Shown piece after piece: positions 41,482 through 52,046 of a stretch of 64,000 bases of DNA. Origin of the DNA: Chloropicon primus (taxonomy: Eukaryota); the NCBI GenBank assembly GCA_023205875.1, contig CP060764.1, positions 558,001-622,000 of the forward strand. Direction: 5' to 3'. How positions within the stretch are numbered: the first letter of the stretch is position 1; the number at the start of each line of letters is the position of its first letter. A program made the translations under genes and the position numbers. The notes below the pieces were generated by a model. It searched no databases and had not been told where the DNA came from. It saw only the letters and a list, made by a program, of their open reading frames with translations.

Positions 41482-41822
41482 ACGACTCCGCTCGAGCAAC
41501 TCTCCCGCCCAAGCTTTCCAATGATGTGCACACCAATGTGCATGTCGTGCATGTTCCCTGTCACTCCTCCTGGAGAAAGAGTTTGAAGGGCTTGGGGCTT
41601 CCATTTCCATTTCCATTCCTCTGCATGATGTAACAGACCCAAACGATGCAGCGGGTAACACCGTATTGCGTTTTAGACTAAAATACAATCTTACACGATT
41701 TGCATGTCGATTGATCTTCCCTCCCATCCCGTGGGTTCTGTCCCACACCGACACACCACGTTTCTCTTACGCATCGATCCCTCGCGCGCCCCTCCTCCTC
41801 CTCCGTCCTTCCCCCACCAGCA

Positions 41823-41876
41823 CCCCCCTCATGGCGATGTCCCCCCTCATGGCGATGTCCCCCCTCATGGCCATGT
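41823..41876. repeat. 18-bp tandem repeat, three copies (CCCCCCTCATGGCGATGT)
   Basis: Three consecutive units visible; the third has one substitution. Confidence 0.9.
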
Positions 41877-42061
41877 CTGAAAAGCGCTGCTGACCACTCG
41901 TCGAGCATGAGAGAGAGAGAGGAGAGGTGATCTCGCTCGCCGCCGCACAGAACGCAAGCTGCTGCTGGAGGAGAAGGGAGGGGCAACGCAACTGGGCGAG
42001 GAAAGCGGGAGACGCAACATCGTGGCAACTTGGAGACGCCTTGTTCCTCTTCCGTGGCACA

Positions 42062-43776
42062 ATGGTTCTTCGTCGAAGGGGGAGCCGTTACGCGTCGTTA
42101 CGTCTGAGTGGAAGCGGAAGCAGCATGACGAGGAGTGGGGCGTGGGTACTTGCTTTGGTGGTGGTTCAAGCCATCGCTTGTGGGGTCGGTGGCCAGGAGG
42201 ACTTGTCGGGCCGTCCCACCGATCTCGAGGCCACGGAGACGTCGCCCAACGACTTGTCCATGCTGAGCGACGAGGAGCTTATGGCCGAGCTCGAGCGCAG
42301 GAAGGCGGAGCTCGGAAGGAGGGAGCCCCTCCGACGAACGCAACTACGAGGGGTCCGGACCTCGCCGCACTTGACGAGATCGCGATTCCTTACCCGCGGA
42401 ACGACAGCAACTACTACTTGAGCGCAAACGAGACGGTGCCATCTTACCCCATCGACAACAGCGCGTTCCAGGCTCCGGTGAAGGATTTCGTCCGAGTCTT
42501 CGACGGCGAGTTTGTCGTCGTCAGCAACACTAGCGGCGTCGCGATGTGCAAGCCCTTCTTCCTGACGGGATGGAACTCATGGGACGTCACCAGGGTCCCC
42601 AGGATACAGTCGTACAGGAGCATGAACGGCCAGCGGGCCCTGACGCAGCAGCTGCAGACGGCCTCCCAGAGCGGACTGAACGTCCTCAGGGCCTGGGCCC
42701 ACACCATCGATCCGAGCTACCCCGTGATGAAGGCCCCGGGGGAGTACGACGAGGAGGGCCTCAAGGCCATCGACTACCTGCTGAGCGAGGCGAGCAAGTA
42801 CGGCATCAGGGTCGTGCTCTCCTTCGTGGACAACTGGAAGTACCCCGGGGGCGTGGACCAGATGCTGGACTGGAGCGCCACCGCGCCGGAGAGGGAGATC
42901 CCGGTGCCCGGCTCCCTCCTCGAGGGGGGGGACTATAACCAGAGATCTCTGTCCGCGGACGTCAAGAATTACATCGTGCGGAGACACAGCTTGTTTTACA
43001 CGGACGAGGGGGCGAGGGACATTTACAGGGACTACGTGAGGACCTTGGTGAACAGGAAGAACGCGTACAATGGCAGAGTGTACAAGGAGGATCCCACCAT
43101 CCTGGCGTGGAACCTCATCAACGAGCCCAGGTGCGAGTCCTGGCTGGTCTGGGATTGCAAGGAGAAGCTCCAGGCTTGGATCGAGTCCGAGTCGGCGTAC
43201 GTGAAGGAGCAGGACCCCAACCACCTGGTGACCGTGGGTGAGGAGGGATTCTGGTCGAGCGGGAGTCCGAACGAGTACGCCAACCCCACAAGCTGGGCCA
43301 AGGACATGGGCCAGGACTTTAAGCTGAACCACATGCCCAAGGACATCGACTTTGCGACCATCCACATTTGGCCGGACACGTGGAAAAGACCCGAGGAGTC
43401 CTTCCAGAGGTCTTGGATCCTCACGCACATGAGGGAGGCGGAGGAGGAGCTGGGCAAGCCGCTGGTTCTGGAGGAGTTCGGAAAGAGCATCGAGAGCTAC
43501 GAGGATGGCATCGAGGCGAGGAACCAGGTGTACCGATCGGCGCACGAGCTTGTCGAGGAGAGCGTGAGGAATAATCGAGGTTTGAAAGGCTCGATCTTTT
43601 GGAACTGGGAGTCCAATCTCCTGCGCAAGCCGGGGACGTATGAGGTGGACACCGAAGACACCACGTTCGCGCTCATCAAAGAGCACACGGGGAGAATGAA
43701 GGAAATCCAAGCGAAGAAGCAGGCTTTCGATTGCGAGGACGCGGCGGCGGCCAGGGTGCTTTACGCCCCAAAGTAA
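42062..43776 (+). pseudogene. GH5 endo-beta-1,4-mannanase copy A, frameshifted at ~42312-42316 (pseudogene or assembly error)
   Basis: The signal-peptide N-terminus (ATG 42062) is in a different frame from the catalytic domain (WNLINEPRC, VTVGEEGF, LVLEEFGK); no convincing intron bridges the two. Confidence 0.7.
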
Positions 43777-43830
43777 AGAGTTTTAATTTGAGTCCAGAAT
43801 AAAATTCTTTTTGGAAAAAAAAATCCACGA

Positions 43831-45501
43831 CTAGACCTCGCATCGGAAGGAGCACTTTTGGGCAGACATTTCGTTCATTCGCCTGGCGTGCTCCTTGACG
43901 AGCTCGAACGTCGAGTCCCCGTTGTTGATTTCGTAGCTTCCAGGGCTTCGGATCAAATCCGTCTCCCAGTTCCAAAAGCACGAGCCTTTCAAACCTCGAT
44001 TCTTCCTCACGCTCTCCTCGACAAGCTCGTGCGCCGATCGGTACACCTGGTTCCTCGCCTCGATGCCATCCTCGTAGCTCTTGATGCTCTTTCCGAACTC
44101 CTCCAGAACCAGCGGCTTGCCCAGCTCCTCCTCCGCCTCCCTCATGTGCGTGAGGATCCAAGACCTCTGGAAGGACTCCTCGGGTCTTTCCCACGTGTCC
44201 GGCCAAATGTGGATGGTCGCAAAGTCGATGTCCTTGGGCATGTGGTTCAGCTTAAAGTCCTGGCCCATTCCCTTGGCCCACCAAGTGGGGTTGGCGTACT
44301 CGTTCGGACTGGCAGCAGACCAGAACCCCTCCTCGCCCACGGTCACCAGGTGGTTGGGGTCCTGCTCCTTCACGTACGCCGACTCGGACTCGATCCAAGC
44401 CTGGAGCTTCTCCTCGCAATCCTCGACCAGCCAGGACTCGCACCTGGGCTCGTTGATGAGGTTCCACGCCAGGATGGTGGGATCCTCCTTGTACACTCTG
44501 CCATTGTACGCGTTCTTCCTGTTCACCAAGGTCCTCACGTAGTCCCTGTAAATGTCCCTCGCCCCCTCGTCCGTGTAAAACAAGCTGTGTCTCCGCACGA
44601 TGTACTCCTTCACCTCCTGTTCCAGGTTGTCTTGGTTGTAATCCCCGCCCCCGAGGAGGGAGCCGGGCACCGGGATCTCCCTCTCCGGCGCGGTGGCGCT
44701 CCAGTCCAGCATCTGGTCCACGCCCCCGGGGTACTTCCAGTTGTCCACGAAGGAGAGCACGACCCTGATGCCGTACTTGCTCGCCTCGCTCAGCAGGTAG
44801 TCGATGGCCTTGAGGCCCTCCTCGTCGTACTCCCCCGGGGCCTTCATCACGGGGTAGCTCGGATCGATGGTGTGGGCCCAGGCCCTGAGGACGTTCAGTC
44901 CGCTCTGGGAGGCCGTCTGCAGCTGCTGCGTCAGGGCCCGCTGGCCGTTCATGCTCCTGTACGACTGTATCCTGGGGACCCTGGTGACGTCCCATGAGTT
45001 CCATCCCGTCAGGAAGAAGGGCTTGCACATCGCGACGCCGCTAGTGTTGCTGACGACGACAAACTCGCCGTCGTAGACTCGGACGAAATCCTTCACGGGG
45101 CCGGGGGACGCGTCGTTGTCACGGAAGCACGTGCCGTTCTGTGCGTACGCCGGAACGATCTCCTCGAGGACCACGCTCTCCTCGATCTCTGGTGGGGCGT
45201 CCCCATCCAAAAGCTGCTCCGAAGTCTTTCGCGCGAGCTCGGCCTTCCTGCGCTCGAGCTCGGCCATAAGCTCCTCGTCGCTCGCGGACATTAACGTCTC
45301 GAAGGACAAGTCGTTGGGCGACGTCTCCGTGGCCTCGAGATCGGTGGGACGGCCCGACAAGTCCTCCTGGCCACCGACCCCACAAGCGATGGCTTGAACC
45401 ACCACCAAAGCAAGTACCCACGCCCCACTCCTCGTCATGCTGCTTCCGCTTCCACTCAGACGTAACGACGCGTAACGGCTCCCCCTTCGACGAAGAACCA
45501 T
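43831..45501 (-). CDS. GH5 (subfamily 7-like) endo-beta-1,4-mannanase copy B, intact and secreted
   Basis: Signal peptide (AWVLALVVVQAIACG); GWNSW, RAWAH, DNWKYPGG, catalytic NEP and EEFG, DFATIHIWPD. Confidence 0.9.
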   Translation of the reverse strand: MVLRRRGSRYASLRLSGSGSSMTRSGAWVLALVVVQAIACGVGGQEDLSGRPTDLEATETSPNDLSFETLMSASDEELMAELERRKAELARKTSEQLLDGDAPPEIEESVVLEEIVPAYAQNGTCFRDNDASPGPVKDFVRVYDGEFVVVSNTSGVAMCKPFFLTGWNSWDVTRVPRIQSYRSMNGQRALTQQLQTASQSGLNVLRAWAHTIDPSYPVMKAPGEYDEEGLKAIDYLLSEASKYGIRVVLSFVDNWKYPGGVDQMLDWSATAPEREIPVPGSLLGGGDYNQDNLEQEVKEYIVRRHSLFYTDEGARDIYRDYVRTLVNRKNAYNGRVYKEDPTILAWNLINEPRCESWLVEDCEEKLQAWIESESAYVKEQDPNHLVTVGEEGFWSAASPNEYANPTWWAKGMGQDFKLNHMPKDIDFATIHIWPDTWERPEESFQRSWILTHMREAEEELGKPLVLEEFGKSIKSYEDGIEARNQVYRSAHELVEESVRKNRGLKGSCFWNWETDLIRSPGSYEINNGDSTFELVKEHARRMNEMSAQKCSFRCEV

Positions 45502-45900
45502 TGTGCCACGGAAGAGGAACAAGGCGTCTCCAAGTTGCCACGATGTTGCGTCTCCCGCTTTCCTCGCCCAGTTGCGTTGCCCGGTTGGTCGCGCGCCTCC
45601 CTCTCTCGCCGCCGCTCCTGCTGAGCAGATAAGCCTTGCGTTACAGCCCGCCGACGAAAACCTTCCACGCCTCCGTTCCTCCTCTCCTTGGTACGCAATA
45701 CCCTCGAGTGAGGTATCAATCGAAAGCCCGTGAGACGTACTTTGATCCCCTGGTGTTGTGTTCCCCCTCTCGGTCCTCGATCACCCGCCCCTCGCAAGGC
45801 AAACCTCCCCTCTCCTCGACCTTGGCCGCCCTGGGATCGATATCGATGGATCTCCTCCGCTCGTTCCCGCGCGCGGGTAGGAGAAGAAAGAGGAAGGCGG

Positions 45901-47595
45901 ATGGCGACGGAGGCCAGGCAATACGTCCGGTCACCGTCCAAGGGGGCGGGCCGGGTAGGGAGGGAGGGGAGGCGGTCGTCCTCTTGCATTTGCTCTTGCT
46001 CTCGCCATGCGCCGTGCTCGCGAACAAGGGATCGGGCCTTGTGGTTCGCGTCGCGCGGAAGGCGACGCTTGGTCGATGGCCGGTGGAGGGTGGCCACTGG
46101 AGATGATCGGCAGACTTGTAGCGACGGGGGCGTCGACTCGCTGCGGGGTAGGGGCGGGAAGGAATTGGAGGCGCTGGATCTCGTCATGCAGAGCAGGTCG
46201 GGGAGCGGCAGCGAGGCCATGCTGATTCGAGGGGGGAAGAGGCTCGAGGGCGAGGTTGGGATCAGTGGGTCGAAGAACTCTGTGCTGGCTCTGTTGGCGG
46301 CGAGCCTGCTGCTCCCAAGGGGGAAGGTGACCCTCTCCAACGTTCCCCTTGAGCTCACGGACGTTAGGAACATGGTCAAAGTCCTCTCTTCCCTGGGGGC
46401 GCGGGTTTCTGACGCCTCGGGGGGTTCGGGCGGGAACACTCTGGAGCTGGACTCCTCCAGCTTGAGCAGCTGCACGCCGAACCCAAGCTACGTGAGGGAG
46501 CTGAGGGCCAGCTTTCTCGTGACCGGGCCGCTGCTCGCTAGGCTGGGGGAGGCCAGGGTGTCGCTGCCGGGAGGCTGCAAGATCGGCACGAGGCCAGTGG
46601 ACTTGCACCTCGAGGGCCTGAAGAAGCTGGGCGCGGAGATAGATTATCGCGAAGACTATGTGCGGGTGGCCATTCCGAGAGGAAAGGCCGGCCTGGTCGG
46701 GGCGGAGGTGAAGTTCGACTACCCCAGCGTCGGGGCGACGGAGACGGTGATGATGGCGGCGTGCTGCGCGGAGGGAACGACCACAATCCTTAACGCTGCG
46801 AGAGAGCCGGAGGTGGAAGACTTGGGGTACTTCTTGGCTCGACTGATCCCGGGGGCATCCCTGGACGGCCTGGGGACGAGCAAGATCGTCATAAGCGGCG
46901 CGGGTGGCGCGGGACTCGATTCGTCCTCCTCCTCGCCGCGCCACGACGTCGTGCACTCTGTCATACCGGACAGGATAGAAGCTGGGACTTTTCTTGCATG
47001 CGGCGCGATCACGGGGAGCGAGGCTTTGGTGCTCAGGGGGGTGAATTACCCCCACGTGGAGACGATTTCAGAGGTCCTCAGGAGCATGGGTTGCGACGTG
47101 AGCTCGGCCGAAGGGAGTGACCTGGTGTCCGGGCCTCCGTGTTGTGACCTGGTGCTAAGCTCCCCGAGGAGCGGCGGCTTGGGTGCCGTGCCGTTCGTGG
47201 AGACGCTGCCTTACCCAGGCTTCCCGACGGACATGCAGCCCTTGATGTGTGCGCTCTTGAGCACCTGCAAGGGCAAGTCCGTCGTCAAGGAGACTGTCTT
47301 CGAGAACAGGATGAGCACGTGCGCGGAGCTTGTCAAGATGGGGGCTCGCATCGAAATCACGGACAAGAATTCAACGGCATTGATCACTGGGGCGCCCAGC
47401 GGGCTCGTCGGGAGCACGGTTCGCGCGACCGATCTCAGGGCCGGCTCTGCTTTGGTGGTCGCCGGCTTGGGGGCCACGGGGGAGACCCTCGTTTGCGATA
47501 TGAGTCACGTCGATAGGGGTTACGTGGACCTGGAAGGGAAGCTGAGAAGCATCGGGGCTGATGTGGAGAGAGTAAACATCGCAGAACAAGAATAA
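45901..47595 (+). CDS. murA: UDP-N-acetylglucosamine 1-carboxyvinyltransferase (MurA) with an N-terminal transit-peptide-like extension
   Basis: SGSKNS, LRASFLVTGPLL, LPGGCKIGTRPVDLHL, PSVGATE, NAAREPEV, PDRIEAGT, PYPGFPTDMQ, VFENR, DLRAG, HVDRGY. Confidence 0.93.
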   Translation: MATEARQYVRSPSKGAGRVGREGRRSSSCICSCSRHAPCSRTRDRALWFASRGRRRLVDGRWRVATGDDRQTCSDGGVDSLRGRGGKELEALDLVMQSRSGSGSEAMLIRGGKRLEGEVGISGSKNSVLALLAASLLLPRGKVTLSNVPLELTDVRNMVKVLSSLGARVSDASGGSGGNTLELDSSSLSSCTPNPSYVRELRASFLVTGPLLARLGEARVSLPGGCKIGTRPVDLHLEGLKKLGAEIDYREDYVRVAIPRGKAGLVGAEVKFDYPSVGATETVMMAACCAEGTTTILNAAREPEVEDLGYFLARLIPGASLDGLGTSKIVISGAGGAGLDSSSSSPRHDVVHSVIPDRIEAGTFLACGAITGSEALVLRGVNYPHVETISEVLRSMGCDVSSAEGSDLVSGPPCCDLVLSSPRSGGLGAVPFVETLPYPGFPTDMQPLMCALLSTCKGKSVVKETVFENRMSTCAELVKMGARIEITDKNSTALITGAPSGLVGSTVRATDLRAGSALVVAGLGATGETLVCDMSHVDRGYVDLEGKLRSIGADVERVNIAEQE

Positions 47596-47756
47596 ATAAA
47601 TCACTCGTCGTCATACGTCGTACGTCGATGCATCAACAACCAACATCGCCTTCTTTGTCCCTCCCTCCGCACACCCCGCATCACCGCATCTCTAGGAGGA
47701 GAATCGGGAGAGCCACAAACAGGGAGAGGGAGAGGTTCGCCACACTGGGTTGAGGA

Positions 47757-49274
47757 ATGATCGGCGGGCGTCTGGGAAACCACGCGTACGTCGTGGGAGC
47801 CTCCGCGGGGCTCCTCCTCGCGCAGCAGCTCGCTTTGATGCGGGAGACCACAGCGGAGGAGGGAACTTTGCGGCGAGATCTCGACTTGCGTTTTGTTTCT
47901 GTTGTTCTCCGTCACGGGGCACGAGCACCCCTGTCGGAGAACTTTGGCGCTCACGACCACAAGTGGGAGTACTGCGGGCAGGCGTACCATGCGGTGAAGA
48001 CTAACATTCGGGGCCTGGACAACACGGACAGGCCCGTGAGCCAATCGGATGAGAGGCAGACCAAGGTAAAGTTGACGAAAAAGTCCTGGTTGTGTGTGCG
48101 TCTCTCTCTCTCTCTCCTTCTCTCTCTGACAATGCCTTTTGATCGTGCGCGCGCGTTGGTGTGTGCTGTGTCCCTTCTCTCCTCGCTGCAGGTTGTGTTC
48201 GAGGGGGGCTGTAAGAAGGGTCAGCTCACTTCGGTGGGACAGCTGCAGGCGCTGCAATTGGGCGATTGGCTGAGGGAGCGGTACGTTTCGAACGGCTTCC
48301 TCCCGCCGTCGTACAACGCGAGCGCGCTCGAGGTGCGCTCCACCAACATTAGCAGGACGCTGGACACGGTGACGGGGGTTCTGACCGGGCTGTACCCGGA
48401 CGCGGAGGATCCCATCATGATCGAGACCTGCGACGACAGGAGGGAGTGGCTGTATCCGAACCATAGGAACTGCAAGCGCCTGAGCCAGCTGATGGCTCAG
48501 AAGAGGGTGACGTTGGAGGAGAGCAGGATGGCAGGGAGCCATGCGGCATTGGAGGAGAAGCTGAAAACTGCGTTGGAAGTTCCTGCCAGCGAGAGGCACA
48601 TCCGATTCGTGGAGGCTTACGACGTCTGCAAGACAGTGTTGTTTCATTCTGCAAGGCACCACATGAAGATGGACGACGGGCTGCTGCGGGAGCTGGAGCT
48701 GGTCGCAACGAAGCAGATGAAAGCCTTTGTGGCTCCCGAGGACAACGCAGAGATGCTGTCCCTCTCCATAGGAAAAGTGCTGCAGGATTTGCTCCAAGGA
48801 ATGGAGAGGGCAGCTTCAGGTAAGTTGGCGCGGACGACACACCGGATCGCAAAGTGCTGACGCGCGCGTGACCCCCCCACCCCTTTCTCCCCCAACGCAG
48901 GAGAAGCCGAGTCGGCGAAAACCAAGATGAAGCTTTTCAGCGGGCACGACACCACCTTGATGCCCTTGCTGGTGGCTTTAGGTCACGAGCTCAGGGACTG
49001 GCCCCCGTTCATGTCGAATCTGATCTTCGAGCTGTACTGGAGCGAGCGAGACGGGAAGCACTACGTCAAAATTGACTACAACAAGGAAGTTCTGAGGGTG
49101 GAGGGCTGTGACCGCGACGGTTACTTGGAACTCGGCCAGCTGAACGACAGGCTGAGGCCCTTCATGCTCCAGGACTACAGCTCTCAGTGCAGCGCGGTGG
49201 AGGCGGCCACCAAGGAGCATCATGGATCCGTGTCCAAAAAGCTCGCGGCGGGCGTGTCCAACGGCGTGGAGTAA
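47757..49274 (+). CDS. Histidine acid phosphatase (ACP6-like), 3 exons: 47757-48065, 48192-48819, 48901-49274
   Basis: RHGARAP, GQLT..G, RSTNISRT, GHDTTLMPL. Introns 48066-48191 (GTAAAG...GCAG) and 48820-48900 (GTAAGT...GCTGAC...GCAG) give a continuous frame. Confidence 0.88.
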
Positions 49275-49444
49275 CTCTTTAATCCAATCCAGAACACTTA
49301 TGAACGCTTGATGAAGATCACTCTCTCCCCCCTTCCCTCTCCTGCCTCCGGCACTGCTGGGCAAAGCTTCTCATGGATGAGGATTGAGATCTTCCGCGCC
49401 TCTCAATTCTTGTGGCGGGAGTCGCGCGAGTTGAGGGGGAAGTG

Positions 49445-50560
49445 ATGAAGGCGCCGCTAGGGAGGGGAGGAGGGAGGGGGAAGGCGGAGGAGTCGCGTTC
49501 GGCTTCGCCCTCGTCCTCGTACCTGTCGTCGTCGTCGTCGTCGTGCCTCGTGGGTGTTGGCAGGAGGCAGAGGAGGCCGGTCCAATGGATGAAGGGGGCG
49601 GGGCTCGAGAGAACGAGGCGAGGAGGGGCGCACGCCAAGGCCCTGAAGGCCAAGCCGACGTCGTCCTTTGACGAGGTGGAGGAGGGAAGCACCGAGGTGG
49701 CCTCTGGTGGTGCGGAGGCGGCGTCGATAAGCACGCCGGGAATGGACTATGCGGACCTCGCGGTCAAGGTTGGGGCAGCTGTGGCCTTCGGCGCTTTCGT
49801 GGACCTGCAGTTCGGCTTCGAGAAGGCGGAGGCTTATTTCACGGGCTACATCTTGGAGCAGACCCTGAGCGTGGACAACCTCTTCGTCTTCATCCTCCTG
49901 TTCGACTACTTTAACGTGCCGGAGAAGGGGAAGGACCGTGTGCTTAGTTTCGGGATTTACACTGCCGCGGTATTGCGCGGGGTACTCATTTTGCTGGGAA
50001 GCGAGCTGATCGAGAAGTTCGAGCCTGTTCTGCTCGTCTTCGCAGGAATTCTGCTGTACTCCGCGTACGGCGTCCTCTTCGACGACGGCGGGGACGAGGA
50101 CGAGGACTTGAACGACAGCGCCATCGTGAAATTCTGCAAGAACTTCATCGATGTGTCGGAAGACTACGACGGGGACAAGTTCTTCACGGTGCAGAACGGC
50201 GTCAAGGTGGCCACGCCGCTTCTGCTGGTCCTTGCGGTGGTGGAGCTGAGCGACCTCATTTTCGCCGTGGACTCGATCCCTGCGGTTTTCGGGGTGACCA
50301 AGGATCCTTTCATCGTGTACACTTCGAACATGTTCGCCATCGTGGGCCTCAGGAGTCTGTTTGGGGTCGTGTCGACGGCCATGGCGAGGCTCCAGTACCT
50401 GGAGAAGTCCGTGGGAACCGTCCTGGCGTTCGTGGGCTTCAAAATGATAGCGGACTTTGGCGGATTTCACATCACCAACAGCCAGTCCCTGCTCACGGTG
50501 TGCTCCATCCTTGGCGCCGGCGTGGTGTGGAGCCTGGTCGCGGGCGAGGCGGAGGAGTAG
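49445..50560 (+). CDS. TERC: Thylakoid membrane protein TerC
   Basis: YFTGYILEQTLSVDNLFVF, ATPLLLVLAVVELSDLIFAVDSIPAVFGVT.DPFIVYTSNMFAIVGLRSL; transit peptide. Confidence 0.92.
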   Translation: MKAPLGRGGGRGKAEESRSASPSSSYLSSSSSSCLVGVGRRQRRPVQWMKGAGLERTRRGGAHAKALKAKPTSSFDEVEEGSTEVASGGAEAASISTPGMDYADLAVKVGAAVAFGAFVDLQFGFEKAEAYFTGYILEQTLSVDNLFVFILLFDYFNVPEKGKDRVLSFGIYTAAVLRGVLILLGSELIEKFEPVLLVFAGILLYSAYGVLFDDGGDEDEDLNDSAIVKFCKNFIDVSEDYDGDKFFTVQNGVKVATPLLLVLAVVELSDLIFAVDSIPAVFGVTKDPFIVYTSNMFAIVGLRSLFGVVSTAMARLQYLEKSVGTVLAFVGFKMIADFGGFHITNSQSLLTVCSILGAGVVWSLVAGEAEE

Positions 50561-50625
50561 AGCAGAGAGAGAGAGAGGGAGAGAGAGGAGAAATAAAAAA
50601 TATGTATCAAGGTGTAGTACACAAT

Positions 50626-51975
50626 TTACGATAGGATACAGGTGAGGCCCCTCTTCAGTCGTGCGCAGGCCTCCGAACACTCCTCCTCGGTCAGGTTGGC
50701 ATAGGCCACTCGGATATGGCCGTCGCTTCCGCAAGAGCTGCCTGGTATGATGCACACCTTGAACTCCTTGACGAGCCTTTCCACAACTTTGGCGTCGTCC
50801 AGGCCCCGAGGGAGCTTGGCCCAGAGGTAGATCGCCCCCTGCGATTTCGTGATGTTCTCGTCACCGAGGGGACTCAGAGCGTCGAGGGCCTTCTTCCTGT
50901 TCCCCTCGAGGAGCTTCACCCTCTCCTTGACCCACTCGCTGCCGGCCTCCAGGGCGCCCAACGCCATATGCTGCGAGATCTGGGCCGGGCATATGGGGAT
51001 CGTGTCCTGCGCCTTGAGCAGCGATTCTGAGAGCTCTCGGTTCGACTGGCAATAGCTGAGGTACCCCATCCTCCAGCCCATCATTCCATACGCTTTGGAG
51101 AATGAAAAGATATTGATCACGTTGGGCCCCGACACAAACTCCGGCCTCACCTCGGTGTCCTCGTAGACGAAGTTCTCGTATGTGTTGTCGACGATGAACC
51201 ACGCGTTCGCGGCCTCGCAGAGGTCAGCCATCTTGACCAGCATGGCTCGAGGGATGATCACCCCGGAAGGATTGTTCGGAGTCACAACCACGACGGCTTT
51301 GATGTCCCCCCCCTCCTTCATGCGCCTTTCGAGCCAGCCAAGGTCGGGGAGCATGGTCTGCGGATCGCAGGGGCCCAAGTCGACCCCCGGACCGCCCTCC
51401 GTCATCTGCAGAGCCATGAGGTGGTTGAAGTAGTAAGGAACGAACAACACCACGTTGTCATTGCTATCTGCCACGCTCAGCAACGCGTTCATGAACGCTT
51501 GGTTTGCCCCGGTCGTGACCATCACGTCCACGCCCTCCAGCTTGTTTTCGACCAGGAGTTTCTTCTTGAGCGCCTCCCTCAGGGCTGGCAGACCCTCGCA
51601 CGCACCGTAGGCGTGGACCTCCTCGCCCCTCAAGCTCTCCAGGGCCATCTGCTTGGCCCTCGAGGGGGGGGACCAGTGGACCACGCCCTGGGCGAGAGAA
51701 AGGACTTCGTCGTTTCCCCCGCCCTCCGCAATCAGCTTCTTCATCTGCACAACCACCGGAGAGTCCGTCGAAAGGATCCGCCTCGAAACGCTTGCCCCCC
51801 CCTCGTTCACAGATGATGCCATCGCGGTGGACACCAGCCTCACCCTCCTCCTCTCCTCCCACCTCGTGGCGTCGCTCGTTCGGTGGCTCGTTCGGGCGCA
51901 AGTGGACGACGATGGCGGGTGGCAACGGCACTGCCTCCCCGTCGTCGACGTCCGCGACAGAAAGCGGCCGAGCAT
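50626..51975 (-). CDS. PLP-dependent class I/II aminotransferase, ISS1/VAS1-like
   Basis: LSLAQGVVHWSPP, VMVTTGANQAF, PYYFNH, TPNNPSG, DNTYENF, FSFSKAYGMMGWRMG. Confidence 0.88.
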   Translation of the reverse strand: MLGRFLSRTSTTGRQCRCHPPSSSTCARTSHRTSDATRWEERRRVRLVSTAMASSVNEGGASVSRRILSTDSPVVVQMKKLIAEGGGNDEVLSLAQGVVHWSPPSRAKQMALESLRGEEVHAYGACEGLPALREALKKKLLVENKLEGVDVMVTTGANQAFMNALLSVADSNDNVVLFVPYYFNHLMALQMTEGGPGVDLGPCDPQTMLPDLGWLERRMKEGGDIKAVVVVTPNNPSGVIIPRAMLVKMADLCEAANAWFIVDNTYENFVYEDTEVRPEFVSGPNVINIFSFSKAYGMMGWRMGYLSYCQSNRELSESLLKAQDTIPICPAQISQHMALGALEAGSEWVKERVKLLEGNRKKALDALSPLGDENITKSQGAIYLWAKLPRGLDDAKVVERLVKEFKVCIIPGSSCGSDGHIRVAYANLTEEECSEACARLKRGLTCILS

Positions 51976-52046
51976 CTTTCTCACCGTCGTCGTCAGTTGT
52001 CGTCGTTCGGCTTTCAAAAAAAAAAAAAGAATGGATGACAAGGATC

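Larger units (their letters stand above)
41981..45582. repeat. Large inverted duplication (arms ~41981-43610 and ~43965-45582) carrying two convergent GH5 genes
   Basis: 41981 GGGCAACGCAACTGGGCGAGG... is the reverse complement of the sequence ending at 45582. Long stretches of exact identity are interrupted by short variable patches. Confidence 0.95.

Noticed and set aside
41823..41876. CRISPR-like array
   Set aside because: Head-to-tail 18-bp minisatellite without spacers, in a eukaryotic context with no cas genes
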